Notes: generated by a model not told the origin, from the letters alone. 64,000 nt of DNA from Clostridia bacterium (GCA_045587485.1 JAZNCI010000080.1:18336-82335); one strand, 5' to 3'; positions 37,008 through 47,601 are shown, numbered from the stretch's first letter. A program made the numbers and translations.

Positions 37008-37346
37008 TCAGAATTTAAGAGGTGTGCCTGATGCGTCGCAGTTGATAGAGCCGGTAAGGATAAGAATACCTTCAACAATCCCCCACACCGATGATATAGC
37101 AGCCAGAGCACCGCAGGAAAGAAGAGATATAAGCAACTGTGCAACAGCCTTTGATGTGTAGCCAAGGTAGAAATTATGTGCACCCAAACCGCCAAGCAAA
37201 ATCCCTAAAATTCCGGCTGCAATTCTGGACTTGCCGGGTTTTTGAACATAACCCTGATATGTGGGAACAGAATCAATTTTAGCACCGCACTTTCCACAGA
37301 ATTCGGCATTGGGCTCTATTTCATTTCCACAATTTTTACAAAACAT
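37008..37346 (-). CDS. Zinc-ribbon + TM2-domain membrane protein
   Basis: MFCKNCGNEIEPNAEFCGKCGAKI is followed by GAHNFYLG (TM2 motif). ATG 37346 follows AAAGGAA. The track ORF is over-extended to 37616. Confidence 0.75.
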   Translation of the reverse strand: MFCKNCGNEIEPNAEFCGKCGAKIDSVPTYQGYVQKPGKSRIAAGILGILLGGLGAHNFYLGYTSKAVAQLLISLLSCGALAAISSVWGIVEGILILTGSINCDASGTPLKF

Positions 37347-37372
37347 AATAAAATTCCTTTCATAAATAGGAT

Positions 37373-37708
37373 TTATATCAATCTTATTAAATACAAAGTA
37401 AAGTATGCTGCACCTGAAAGGGTTATAATACACCAGTCTGCTTTTTTGTTTATTATTGGGTTTTCGAGACAACAGTAAAGAAGTGCTGCAGGCGGGAACC
37501 AAAACATAGGATGCAGCCTGAAAGCAGAGTTCAGTTGCCCGTGAAAAAGCTTCAGCCATGCCCGTGAAATCCCACAGGAGGGGCATATTACTCCAAAAAC
37601 ATTTCTGAATACACAACCAGATTGTATTCCTGCGTAAAAGCCAAGGGCAAGGAGCAGAAGTATAAACAGTGCAAGTTTTTTATTCACGTTTGGGCAATCC
37701 TTTACCAA
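37373..37708 (-). CDS. DUF2752-family membrane protein
   Basis: The CPSCGISRA motif and hydrophobic profile are typical of DUF2752. Confidence 0.7.
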   Translation of the reverse strand: MVKDCPNVNKKLALFILLLLALGFYAGIQSGCVFRNVFGVICPSCGISRAWLKLFHGQLNSAFRLHPMFWFPPAALLYCCLENPIINKKADWCIITLSGAAYFTLYLIRLI

Positions 37709-37777
37709 TTATAATATATTCACATTTTACCATAAAGTACTTTTGGTGTCAAGAAGGAAGAGAAAGGGGAGATAAGA

Positions 37778-38758
37778 GTGTATAACGCACGCACAGACCT
37801 TGCCGTAGAGGCAAAAGAAATGTATATGGAAAACGGAGCAATTATTGAGGAAATTAAAGGAGTTGAGGCGGAGGATGAGGTCTTTGACTGTGGTATCAGT
37901 GTAACAAGGGTAATGATTACAGATGAAAACGGAGAAAAGATATTAGGAAAGCCCGAGGGCCGATATATAACGGTTGAGCTACCTGATAATGGGCAGGTCC
38001 GGCAGGAAACATATGAAGAGGCTTGCCGCATATGCGCAAAAGAACTTTGCACTCTTTTGAAAAAAAGCGTTGATGACACGGCGCTTGTGGTTGGCCTTGG
38101 AAACCGAAATATAACAGCGGATGCCGTTGGCCCTAAGTGCGTGGATTCGGTGTTGGTTACAAGGCATCTTTTAGAATATATGCCCGAGGAAATAGATAGC
38201 AGACTAAGGTCGGTATGTGCAGTATCCCCCGGGGTTCTGGGGATTACAGGTATAGAAACGGGGGAAATGGTTAAAGGGCTGGTTGAGAAGGTAAAGCCGT
38301 CGGTTGTAATTGCGGTTGATGCCCTTTGTTCAAGGAGAATGGACAGGGTAAACAGCACCATACAGATGAGTGATACAGGAATTACTCCTGGAGCGGGGAT
38401 AGGCAACAAACGTATGGCAATTGATGAAAAGACTCTTGGGGTTCCGGTGATTGCCATTGGGGTGCCTACGGTTATTGATGCCGCAACCATTGCAGGCGAT
38501 ACTATTGATGTGCTGCTTGAGGATTTGCGGAATAACGCAAAAGAAAATGAACCATTGTATAAAATGTTGTCAATTGTTGCCAATGAAGACAAGTATATAC
38601 TGATAAAACAGGTGCTAAAGGAGGGTTACGGAGATTTTGTCGTAACACCCAAGGAGGTGGATACTTTGGTAGGGCGTGTCGCAGATATAATTGCAAACGG
38701 TATAAATATTGCTCTGCATAAGGGGATTACGCTTGATGATATTGATAAATATAAGTAG
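37778..38758 (+). CDS. gpr: Germination protease (spore endopeptidase)
   Basis: 326 aa. RTDLAVEA is near the N-terminus and the length matches the GPR family. Confidence 0.88.
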   Translation: MYNARTDLAVEAKEMYMENGAIIEEIKGVEAEDEVFDCGISVTRVMITDENGEKILGKPEGRYITVELPDNGQVRQETYEEACRICAKELCTLLKKSVDDTALVVGLGNRNITADAVGPKCVDSVLVTRHLLEYMPEEIDSRLRSVCAVSPGVLGITGIETGEMVKGLVEKVKPSVVIAVDALCSRRMDRVNSTIQMSDTGITPGAGIGNKRMAIDEKTLGVPVIAIGVPTVIDAATIAGDTIDVLLEDLRNNAKENEPLYKMLSIVANEDKYILIKQVLKEGYGDFVVTPKEVDTLVGRVADIIANGINIALHKGITLDDIDKYK

Positions 38759-38890
38759 CCACAAACAAGGGAGCGTCAAGGCTCCCTTTTAAAACATATA
38801 CAAAATCTTAAAAATTTTAGTGTTGTATATTTGATTGGAATATGCTATACTTTAAAAAGGAAAGCATACTTTCCTGAAGGAGTGATTAAA

Positions 38891-39850
38891 ATGAAAAAGA
38901 ATAAAGATATAATACATAAAACATCCATAGGCGGACAGGCGGTTATTGAAGGCGTTATGATGCGTGGGCCTCAGAAAATTGCAACAGCGGTGCGAAAGCC
39001 CGACGGAGAAATTGAACTTGAGGAAAAACCCATAGGCAAGGTCAGAAAGAATAAAATTCTTAAGCTGCCCATAATCAGGGGCTGCATTAATTTTTTTGAT
39101 TCAATGATTTTAGGAATACAGGCGCTTATGTATTCGGCAAAATTTTTTGAACTTGATGAAGAAGGAAATCAGGTTCAGGAGGAGCCGGGGAAATTTGAAA
39201 AATGGCTCAATGAAAAGCTGGGCAGTGAAAAGGCGACAAATGCGGTTATATATGTTTCTGTTTGCATATCGCTGGTGTTCAGTGTGGGATTGTTTATTAT
39301 GTTGCCGGCGGTAATTGTAGGATTTCTTAAAAGTTTAATTAATAATGATATTTTGCTGACTGCCGCAGAGGGTGTTGTGAGGATTAGCATATTCATCGTA
39401 TATATGGCTCTGGTTTCCCAGATGAATGATATAAAGCGTGTTTTTATGTATCACGGAGCAGAACACAAAACTATAAATTGTTATGAACACGGCGAAGAAC
39501 TGACTGTTGAAAATGTAAAAAAGCACACAAGACTTCATCCAAGATGCGGCACAAGCTTTCTTTTGATTGTTATGGTAATAAGTATAGTGGTGTTTTCGTT
39601 TATTTCGTGGGAAAATCCCATTACTCGACTGCTACTTCGTCTTGCACTTATGCCTGTTGTTGCGGGAATTTCATATGAGATAATCAAATTTGCAGGACGT
39701 CACGACAATTGGTTCACGTCAGCAATCAGCGCTCCTGGAAAGTGGTTTCAGCATATTACCACAAAAGAGCCCGACGACAGCCAGATAGAGGTTGCGATTA
39801 TTGCATTCAATGCGGTTAAGGCTGAGGTAAAGGACGACGATAAATGGTAA
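38891..39850 (+). CDS. DUF1385 (YqhQ-like) membrane protein
   Basis: IGGQAVIEGVMMRGP and YHGAEHKTI motifs are present. ATG 38891 follows GAAGGAG. It sits upstream of prmC, as is common in Firmicutes. Confidence 0.8.
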   Translation: MKKNKDIIHKTSIGGQAVIEGVMMRGPQKIATAVRKPDGEIELEEKPIGKVRKNKILKLPIIRGCINFFDSMILGIQALMYSAKFFELDEEGNQVQEEPGKFEKWLNEKLGSEKATNAVIYVSVCISLVFSVGLFIMLPAVIVGFLKSLINNDILLTAAEGVVRISIFIVYMALVSQMNDIKRVFMYHGAEHKTINCYEHGEELTVENVKKHTRLHPRCGTSFLLIVMVISIVVFSFISWENPITRLLLRLALMPVVAGISYEIIKFAGRHDNWFTSAISAPGKWFQHITTKEPDDSQIEVAIIAFNAVKAEVKDDDKW

Positions 39851-40701
39851 ATCTTAAAAATCTTCGCAAAGCGGCTGTTGCAGAGCTTGAAAAATGCGGA
39901 AACGACAGCCCTCTTGCAGATGTGGACTACATACTTGCTCATCTGTTGGGGTTTGAGAAAAGCGATATTGTTCTTGGCGACAAAGCCATTGATGACCGGC
40001 AAAAGACGATTTTTGATAATGCTCTTGCACGACTTAAATCAGGTGAGCCGGTGCAGTATGTTGCCGGCGGATGTGAATTTATGTCACTGTGGTTTCAGGT
40101 AAATCAGGCGACTCTTATTCCAAGAGCTGATACCGAGATACTGGTGGAATCAATACTGGATATCTGCAAAGAGCGGAAGAACGTAAATATTTTCGAAATC
40201 GGCACAGGCTCGGGGTGTATTGCCATAAGTCTGGCGCATTATTTGCCACAGGCAAAGGTTTTGTCGGCTGATATTTCTAAAGAGGCGCTTGAAATAGCCG
40301 CCTTAAACTCGGAACGGTTGGGCGTGAAGGGCAGATGTGACTTTTTAGAATGTAATATAATGAAAGAATTTCCTTTGTTTGATGTTTTGCCCGATATTGT
40401 TGTTTCAAACCCGCCGTATATTCCGTGTAAAGATATTGATGGGCTTGAAAATAGGGTTAAGCTGCACGAGCCACGTTCTGCTTTGGATGGTGGTTGTGAC
40501 GGGCTGGATTTTTATCGCAGGATTGCAGAGAGTGTTCCCATAATCAGCAAGGGTATCCTTGCTTTTGAGGTGGGAATCGGTCAGGCACAGCATGTCGCAC
40601 GGATTATGTCGGGAAGATTTACAGACATAGAAATACGCCGTGATATTGCGGGGATTGAACGTGTAGTTATGGGCAGACTTAAAAAAGATGCAATTCATTA
40701 A
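39844..40701 (+). CDS. prmC: Release-factor glutamine N5-methyltransferase
   Basis: 285 aa with EIGTGSGCIAISLA and the NPPY motif. Confidence 0.9.
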   Translation: MVNLKNLRKAAVAELEKCGNDSPLADVDYILAHLLGFEKSDIVLGDKAIDDRQKTIFDNALARLKSGEPVQYVAGGCEFMSLWFQVNQATLIPRADTEILVESILDICKERKNVNIFEIGTGSGCIAISLAHYLPQAKVLSADISKEALEIAALNSERLGVKGRCDFLECNIMKEFPLFDVLPDIVVSNPPYIPCKDIDGLENRVKLHEPRSALDGGCDGLDFYRRIAESVPIISKGILAFEVGIGQAQHVARIMSGRFTDIEIRRDIAGIERVVMGRLKKDAIH

Positions 40702-40798
40702 ATTAGGACTTGAAATTTTTATTCTTATATGATAAAATAACAAGGTATTGTAAAAAATTTTTTGCAGCATGAAAAATTCCGTAGAAAGGATGTTGCGT

Positions 40799-41545
40799 AT
40801 GCGCAGGTTTTTCACGGAGCCTCAGAATATTTCGGGAGACCTGGTAGAAATATTTGAGGATAGCAAACATATTGAAAAGGTGCTCAGGATGAGCTGCGGT
40901 GACCGTATTATTGTGTTTGACGGTTCGGGAATGGAGTATGTTGCAGAGCTTATTTCTATAGAAAAGAATTTTTGCACAGCTAAAATCCTTGAGGTGAGCA
41001 AATCGCTTTCGGAGCCCGAAACACAAATTACATTGTTTCAGGGTATTCCCAAATCGGGCAAGATGGAAACTATAATTCAAAAATCAGTGGAATTGGGAGT
41101 TTACAAGATTGTGCCCGTAATGATGGAACGATGCGTTACAAAGATTGCAAACCAAGAGGCGGGTATTGAAAAGTCAAAGCGATGGAATAAGATTTCTGTT
41201 GAAGCGGCAAAGCAATGTGGAAGAGGGTTAATCCCTGAGGTTCTGGCTCCGGTTTCCTTTGATGAGGCAGTAGAAATGCTAAGAAATATTCAAGTTCCGC
41301 TAATGCCCTACGAGGCATTGGGCCACGAAGGGCAGAGGGGGTTAAAGGATATTTTGGCAAGCAATCCGCAAGCGGCCGAATTTGGCATTTTGGTTGGTCC
41401 GGAGGGCGGCTTTTCAGACAGTGAGGCGGAATATGCAATTCAAAAAGGAATAAAGGCAATAGGGCTGGGACACAGAATATTGCGTACCGAGACAGTGGCG
41501 AGTGCGGTTATTCCTATAATAATGTTTGACAGAAACGAGATATAA
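40799..41545 (+). CDS. rsmE: 16S rRNA (uracil1498-N3)-methyltransferase
   Basis: MRRFF N-terminus and the C-terminal SPOUT block GPEGGFSDSE...LGHRILRTETA. Confidence 0.88.
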   Translation: MRRFFTEPQNISGDLVEIFEDSKHIEKVLRMSCGDRIIVFDGSGMEYVAELISIEKNFCTAKILEVSKSLSEPETQITLFQGIPKSGKMETIIQKSVELGVYKIVPVMMERCVTKIANQEAGIEKSKRWNKISVEAAKQCGRGLIPEVLAPVSFDEAVEMLRNIQVPLMPYEALGHEGQRGLKDILASNPQAAEFGILVGPEGGFSDSEAEYAIQKGIKAIGLGHRILRTETVASAVIPIIMFDRNEI

Positions 41546-41547
41546 GA

Positions 41548-42057
41548 TTGAATAAAAAGTTTGCATTTATGCAAAAGAAAGGTATTGTGCTTGATATGGC
41601 GACAACAAAAACAAATCAGGAATTAAAAAAAGAAAAGAAATTGGCGAAAAGAGCAAAGATAGACAAGGCAACCAACCGGTTTATGGTGAATCTGGTGTGG
41701 GGAATTGTTTTGATTATTGCTTTGCTTTATATGCAAAATATGCTTCTTATAAACCCTGGTGCTATGAAGGCTCCTGCAATAATATTTGCAGTGGCAGCAG
41801 TAGTTCTGTTTGTGTGCGGCAAAATAGGAGTGATTAAAAACAAAGGCAGAGCATATGACTATTCTGTTTTTACGGCAGTGTTGACCGTAGGCAGTTTGAT
41901 TATTGCATATTACACCAAAATCCGTCTTGTCGTGGGTACAAGCCTTGATTCAAGGTGGTGGATTACCTGGGCTCCTGTTTCTTTAATCATCGCGTATCTT
42001 GTGTTTGCGTTTATCTGGACGGCAATCATCGTTGCAAGAGTTGAAAAAAATAAATAA
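41548..42057 (+). CDS. Hypothetical membrane protein (about 4 TM, Lys-rich N-terminus)
   Basis: The call rests on hydrophobicity only. The start is ambiguous. Confidence 0.45.
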   Translation: MNKKFAFMQKKGIVLDMATTKTNQELKKEKKLAKRAKIDKATNRFMVNLVWGIVLIIALLYMQNMLLINPGAMKAPAIIFAVAAVVLFVCGKIGVIKNKGRAYDYSVFTAVLTVGSLIIAYYTKIRLVVGTSLDSRWWITWAPVSLIIAYLVFAFIWTAIIVARVEKNK

Positions 42058-42211
42058 AAGGTATGCTTATTTACATCTCCAAGACCGTTGGTTTTGGAGA
42101 TGTTTTTTTCAATAGAAAATTTTTTTATTTTAATGCAACCTTTTGATGTGCTGAAAAGTATTATGTATGTAAAGCAAAAAACACTTTGAAAGAAGAAAGG
42201 AAAAAACATTT

Positions 42212-43417
42212 ATGAAAAACATTTTTAAAAGCACTAAAAGAGTTGCTGCAGGTCTTCTTGCGGTAGCAGTAATGATGACAGGTGTAGTTTTTGCAACAGA
42301 TAATTCAGTTCTTGTTATAAACGGCGAGACGATTGAAGATGCAAAGCTGCTTACAAAGGATGAAATGATTTTTGTTCCTGTTCGTGCTCTCTGCGAAGCA
42401 TTGGGTATGGAGGTTATGTGGGATAACGATGCGGAATTGGTTACTATTGTAAAGATGCCCATGTATGTGACATTCTCACCCACAGAAGACGCTTACACCT
42501 TTGCAAAGACAGCTCCTATGCAGCTTGGTTCAGCTCCCTTTATGAAGAATGACAGAACTTATGTTCCTGCAATTTTTATCAGCGAAATTCTTAAGCAGGA
42601 ATTTACAGTTGCTGAAAATGGCGATGTAAATGTAACAGCGGTTGTTGACAACAGCATTGGTGCAATTATCGTTGAAACATCCAATGAAAACGGAAATCTG
42701 ACCATCACAGTTGACGACAGCAAACGCGGTGAGGAGGTTGTTGTTAACATAACCGAAGAAACTGTTATTGTTGATGAAAACGGAGCAGAATTGACACCCG
42801 ATGCACTTGTAAAGGATGCATCAATCAAAATTGAATATGCAGACTTTATGACAATGAGCATTCCTCCCATTACAAATGCAGTAAAAATTCAGGTTATGGG
42901 CACTGTGGTTGAAACCGAAAAACCTGAGGTTGTTTACACAATTATTGAAAAGGATTACGAGAACGGAACAATTACAATCTTTGACGGCGTAATGAACTCC
43001 AAGGTTGTTCTTAATGTATCTGATGAGACAATTATCACAGATAAGGATGGCAATGCAGCAGGTGCTGATGCTCTTGCGATTGGTACAGATATAACCGTTG
43101 AACGTGCTGAGTTTATGACAATGAGCATCCCTCCTATTACAAATGCATTAAAAATTCAGCTTGCTGAAAAGGAAACGATTACAGTTATTGAAAAAGACAC
43201 TGAGGACAACACGATTACAATTTTTGACAAAGAAATGAATTCTTTACTTATTCTTAATATCTCCAATACGACAATTATTAAGGATGCAGAGGGTAATTCA
43301 GTAAAGTTTGAGGATGTAAGTGTGGGAACAGAGCTTGCAACCGTTGAACACGCAGAGGCAATGACAAGAAGCATTCCACCTATTACAAATGCAACATCAA
43401 TTGTTGTGTCAAAATAA
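42212..43417 (+). CDS. Secreted protein: copper-amine-oxidase-N-like 'stalk' domain plus three tandem ~78-aa repeats
   Basis: Signal peptide, then VLVINGETIEDA...FVPVRALCEALG. The repeats each end in FMTMSIPPITNA(V/L)KIQ or AMTRSIPPITNATSIVV (aa 151-228, 241-316, 322-399). Confidence 0.7.
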   Translation: MKNIFKSTKRVAAGLLAVAVMMTGVVFATDNSVLVINGETIEDAKLLTKDEMIFVPVRALCEALGMEVMWDNDAELVTIVKMPMYVTFSPTEDAYTFAKTAPMQLGSAPFMKNDRTYVPAIFISEILKQEFTVAENGDVNVTAVVDNSIGAIIVETSNENGNLTITVDDSKRGEEVVVNITEETVIVDENGAELTPDALVKDASIKIEYADFMTMSIPPITNAVKIQVMGTVVETEKPEVVYTIIEKDYENGTITIFDGVMNSKVVLNVSDETIITDKDGNAAGADALAIGTDITVERAEFMTMSIPPITNALKIQLAEKETITVIEKDTEDNTITIFDKEMNSLLILNISNTTIIKDAEGNSVKFEDVSVGTELATVEHAEAMTRSIPPITNATSIVVSK

Positions 43418-43445
43418 TTTGAAGACTAATCACAAATGCAGGCAG

Positions 43446-44531
43446 TCAACTGCCTGCATTTTCTTTATATGAAATATAAAGATTAACGGCAAGAAGGGTA
43501 ATTATAGGGGCAAGGATAACTCCCATAATGCCAAAAAACTTTAACCCTACATATATGCTGACCAGGGTAAGAATGGGATGAATACCAATTTGTCGACTGA
43601 TAACTTTTGGCTCGGCAAGCTGACGGACAACAAAGACCAGTGCTTGTATTATGATAAGTGATACAAATGAATACATATCCCCATAAACAAGTGCAATCAA
43701 TGCCCAGGGAACAAGAACGGCTGCAGTACCCAAAACCGGCAGAACATCCACAAGCCCGCATACAATCCCCCACAACAATGGATACTCTTTGCCTACAATC
43801 CATAATCCTATCGTTACTAAGAATGCGGTAAGAAGCATTAATATAAGCTGTGCTTTAATATATGATGAAAATGCGTGCAAAATAATATTTTTAATTCTTG
43901 CGGCAAGGCTGATAGCCTTGGGTGGGAAAATCTCCTTCAAAAAATTTATAACTAAAAGATAATCCTTTGTAAAGAAAAATGTACCAAGAATAAACATTAC
44001 AAGGAAGACAAGGATACCAGGAAGGGCTGTTGCAAGATTTTTTGCGGCATCAATCGCTAAAGCGGTTGCCTTGCCAGAAAGCGTGGAGGTATATTCCCAT
44101 AGCTGCGCCAGAACTGAATCAATAATCTGAGAGGTTTCAGGGGAAAGCGACAGCTTAAATCCGTTAAAGCGTTGAATCATATTGTTGAGGTGAAGTCTGA
44201 ACGTAAAGATTGTATCAGGAAGGTTCACAACAAGGTTTTTTGCCTGAGAAAAAAGCTGGAACATAGCAATTCCTATAAGTCCTACTACTGATGCAACAAT
44301 AAGAGTAACCAAAACGGCAGAGCTCACCCCTCGGCTGATTTTTAGTTTACTTTCAAGAAATTTCACAATACTCTGACAAATTGCAGCAATAAAAAAGGCT
44401 AGTAAAAATGGTGCAAATATCTTAATAAATAGAGGTAGCAGGAATAACGTTGCCGCTATTCCTGCCGTAATAAGTATATATCTGAGTGTTTTTTCAAAAG
44501 TCACCGCAAATGCTCCTTTTACGGCAATCAA
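43446..44531 (-). CDS. ytvI: AI-2E-family transporter / sporulation membrane protein YtvI-like
   Basis: 361 aa, polytopic, resembling the YtvI/PerM family. Confidence 0.75.
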   Translation of the reverse strand: MIAVKGAFAVTFEKTLRYILITAGIAATLFLLPLFIKIFAPFLLAFFIAAICQSIVKFLESKLKISRGVSSAVLVTLIVASVVGLIGIAMFQLFSQAKNLVVNLPDTIFTFRLHLNNMIQRFNGFKLSLSPETSQIIDSVLAQLWEYTSTLSGKATALAIDAAKNLATALPGILVFLVMFILGTFFFTKDYLLVINFLKEIFPPKAISLAARIKNIILHAFSSYIKAQLILMLLTAFLVTIGLWIVGKEYPLLWGIVCGLVDVLPVLGTAAVLVPWALIALVYGDMYSFVSLIIIQALVFVVRQLAEPKVISRQIGIHPILTLVSIYVGLKFFGIMGVILAPIITLLAVNLYISYKENAGS

Positions 44532-44534
44532 AAT

Positions 44535-45737
44535 CTATTTTGAAGTAAGTCGTTCAATGAGGGTATATCCGTGTTCAACCACAACCCCTGTCTTTCGAGC
44601 CTCTGCTTCGGTATACATAATATCCGTGGGCTCGGTGTGATTACCGCTTTTGTATATTATATACGGTACAGGGTCGGATGTATGCGTTCTTATTGCCAAA
44701 GGTGTGGGATGGTCGGGCATAATAAGCATTGCAAATTCTTCGCCGTCTGCTTCAAGAGCAGCAACAATAGGTGCAACAATTTTTTCGTCAATCAGCTCAA
44801 TAGCCTTAACCTTATTTTCGATTTCATGTCTGTGCCCTGCTTCGTCAGGTGCTTCGAGATGAACATACAGAAAATCCGAACCGCTGTGCAGAGCCTTGAT
44901 TGCGGCTTCTGCCTTGCCGTCAAAATTAGTATGCACATTTCCGGTTGCTCCTATAACATCAACATTTTCAAGACCGGCACAAACACCTATACCCTTAATA
45001 AGGTCAACAGCCGAAACAACTGTGCCCTTAAGACCAAATTTTTCCTTATATGTATCAAGGGCGGGTTTTGTTCCATTTCCCCAAATCCAGATGGAATTTG
45101 CCGGATTAAGTCCCCTGTTAATTCTGTCAAGGTTTACTGGATGATTTTTAAGAATTTCGTAGCTCTTTTTCATAAGGGCAAGAATGGTTTCATCTTTGGG
45201 GAGATAGTCTTTGATGCATCTTCCTGAAATATCATGAGGCGGAGTAAGTGAGAAATTATTCTCCTTATTATGCCATACCATAAGATGACGATAGCTGATA
45301 CCGCTGAAAAATTCATATTCTTCGGTACGCAGGGCTTCATTTACTGCCGCAATAAGCTGTGATGACTCCTCGGTTGTAATTTCGTCAGAGCTATAATCCA
45401 CCATAGTTTTTTCTTCGTAGCTGTCCTCGTTTGATAGTGTTACTACGTTGGTTCTGAATGTGGTATCCGTAAGCTCAAGATGAACATTCATTGACATTGC
45501 CTCAAGGGGTGAACGTCCCGTGTAATATTTTTGCGGGTCATACCCAAATACCGCAAGGTTGGCAACATCGCTACCGGGGGGCAGATTTGCGGGGACAGTA
45601 GTTACCATTCCTACCTCGCCCATGGATGCCAGACGGTCGATATTGGGCTTGTGAGCCACCTCTAAGGGAGTTTTGTTACCAAGCTCTGCTACGGGGGTAT
45701 CGGCCGCACCATCGCACAGAATAACTATATATTTCAT
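44535..45737 (-). CDS. apgM: Cofactor-independent phosphoglycerate mutase, archaeal ApgM type (alkaline-phosphatase superfamily)
   Basis: MKYIVILCDGAADTP...HLEAPDEAGH...MPDHPTP. ATG 45737 follows AAAGGTG. Confidence 0.85.
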   Translation of the reverse strand: MKYIVILCDGAADTPVAELGNKTPLEVAHKPNIDRLASMGEVGMVTTVPANLPPGSDVANLAVFGYDPQKYYTGRSPLEAMSMNVHLELTDTTFRTNVVTLSNEDSYEEKTMVDYSSDEITTEESSQLIAAVNEALRTEEYEFFSGISYRHLMVWHNKENNFSLTPPHDISGRCIKDYLPKDETILALMKKSYEILKNHPVNLDRINRGLNPANSIWIWGNGTKPALDTYKEKFGLKGTVVSAVDLIKGIGVCAGLENVDVIGATGNVHTNFDGKAEAAIKALHSGSDFLYVHLEAPDEAGHRHEIENKVKAIELIDEKIVAPIVAALEADGEEFAMLIMPDHPTPLAIRTHTSDPVPYIIYKSGNHTEPTDIMYTEAEARKTGVVVEHGYTLIERLTSK

Positions 45738-45777
45738 ATTTAAATCACACCTTTCGTGAAAAATATTTTTACATATT

Positions 45778-47601
45778 TTAGTTTTTCTCTCTAGCCTTTG
45801 CTTTAAGACGCAGTTGGGTATCAAGAATGCGTTTTCTCAGTCGCAGACTCTGGGGTGTTACCTCCAAAAGTTCGTCATCGGCAAGGAATTCAATGCACAT
45901 CTCTAGGCTCAGTCTTATTGGCGGAACAAGCTTTAATGCCTCATCACTGCCTGATGCACGGGTATTTGTCAACTGCTTTTTCTTACAAACGTTAACTGCC
46001 ATATCCTCAAGCTTGGGGTTCATACCAACAATCATACCCTCGTAAACGGGAGTTCCGGGGTCGATGAATAACGAGCCTCTGTCCTGAATTTTAAACAATC
46101 CATAGCCCACAGCCTCTCCTGTGTCAAATGAAACAAGTGAACCTGTGTATCTTCGGGTTATATCACCTTTATAGGGCTGGTATTCGTAAAATACCGAGTT
46201 GAGTATACCCTCGCCCTTGGTGTCAGTAAGAAATTCGTTTCTGTAACCAAGCAGACCTCTTGATGGTATAAGATACTCAAGCCTCATTCTGTCGCCCTGA
46301 GGGGACATATGTGTGAGCTCGCCTTTGCGGGAGCCCATTTTTTCCATAACCGCACCCATAGATGTTTCGGGCACATCAATAAGAAGCCTTTCGATTGGCT
46401 CATATTGCTGACCGTTTATTGTTTTGTAAAGCACCTTGGGTGTGCTTACCGAAAATTCATAGCCCTCTCGCCGCATTGTTTCGATAAGAATGGATATATG
46501 CATTTCGCCTCTGCCTGCAACACGAAAGCTGTCGGTGGTTTCGCCGTCAATCACACGCAGCGAGACATCTTTCAAAAGCTCCTTGTGAAGCCTTTCACGC
46601 AACTGACGTGAGGTCACAAACTTACCTTCTCTGCCAGCAAAGGGACTGTCATTTACCGAAAAAGTCATTTCAATTGTGGGTTCGCCTATTTTCACAAAAG
46701 GCAGTGGCTCGGGTGAAGCAACAGATGTCACGGTGTCGCCGATTGAAATATCGGTTATGCCCGAAAAACACACAATATCACCTACATTAGCGCTTTCAAC
46801 CGCTGTTCTGCCAAGACCATCAATCTGATAAATGTTTGTAATTTTTGCTTTGTATGGCTCGTGCTTTTCGTGATAATCGCAAACCATAACCTCCTGATTG
46901 TGCTTGATGGAGCCTCTTTCAACTCTGCCAATGGCAATTCTGCCTACATAATCATTATAGTCAATTGATGAAACAAGCATCTGCAGTTCGCCCGTTTCGT
47001 CACCCTCGGGTGCTGGGATATAGTTCTTGATTGTTTCAAAAAGAACGGTCAGGTCTTCGCCCTGCTTATTTGGGCTGAGCGATGCTGTCCCTGCTCTGCC
47101 CGAGCAATAGATGATGGGGCTGTCAAGCTGTTCGTCATTGGCATTAAGGTCAAGGAGCAGTTCTAAAACCTCGTCGCCAATTTCGTTAAGACGGGAATCG
47201 GGTCTGTCAATTTTATTAACTACGATAATAATGCGGTGTTGCATCTCAAGAGCCTTCTGCAGCACAAATCTTGTCTGTGGCATAGGACCTTCTGCTGCAT
47301 CAACAAGCAAAATTACACCGTTAACCATTTTAAGAATACGTTCAACCTCACCGCTGAAATCTGCGTGTCCGGGGGTGTCGATTATGTTCATTTTAATATC
47401 TTTATAGTGTACCGACGTGTTTTTTGCAAGGATGGTAATACCTCGCTCTCTCTCTAGGTCGCCGTTGTCCATAACACGTTCTTCAACAACCTGATTTTCA
47501 CGGTACACACCGCCCTGTTTCAGCATTTCGTCAACCAAGGTGGTTTTGCCGTGGTCAACGTGGGCGATGATTGCAATATTTCTCAAATCTTCTCTTTTCA
47601 T
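45778..47601 (-). CDS. typA: Translational GTPase TypA/BipA
   Basis: The sequence RNIAIIAHVDHGKTTLVD...DTPGHADF is present. ATG 47601 gives 607 aa, and the gene's own promoter is TAGACA-17-TATAAT at ~47645-47673. Confidence 0.93.
   Translation of the reverse strand: MKREDLRNIAIIAHVDHGKTTLVDEMLKQGGVYRENQVVEERVMDNGDLERERGITILAKNTSVHYKDIKMNIIDTPGHADFSGEVERILKMVNGVILLVDAAEGPMPQTRFVLQKALEMQHRIIIVVNKIDRPDSRLNEIGDEVLELLLDLNANDEQLDSPIIYCSGRAGTASLSPNKQGEDLTVLFETIKNYIPAPEGDETGELQMLVSSIDYNDYVGRIAIGRVERGSIKHNQEVMVCDYHEKHEPYKAKITNIYQIDGLGRTAVESANVGDIVCFSGITDISIGDTVTSVASPEPLPFVKIGEPTIEMTFSVNDSPFAGREGKFVTSRQLRERLHKELLKDVSLRVIDGETTDSFRVAGRGEMHISILIETMRREGYEFSVSTPKVLYKTINGQQYEPIERLLIDVPETSMGAVMEKMGSRKGELTHMSPQGDRMRLEYLIPSRGLLGYRNEFLTDTKGEGILNSVFYEYQPYKGDITRRYTGSLVSFDTGEAVGYGLFKIQDRGSLFIDPGTPVYEGMIVGMNPKLEDMAVNVCKKKQLTNTRASGSDEALKLVPPIRLSLEMCIEFLADDELLEVTPQSLRLRKRILDTQLRLKAKAREKN

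Noticed and set aside
37720-38592. 290-aa minus-strand ORF rich in Ser/Thr/Ile
   Set aside because: It is fully antisense to gpr, whose product is recognisable. Its low-complexity composition is typical of a shadow ORF.
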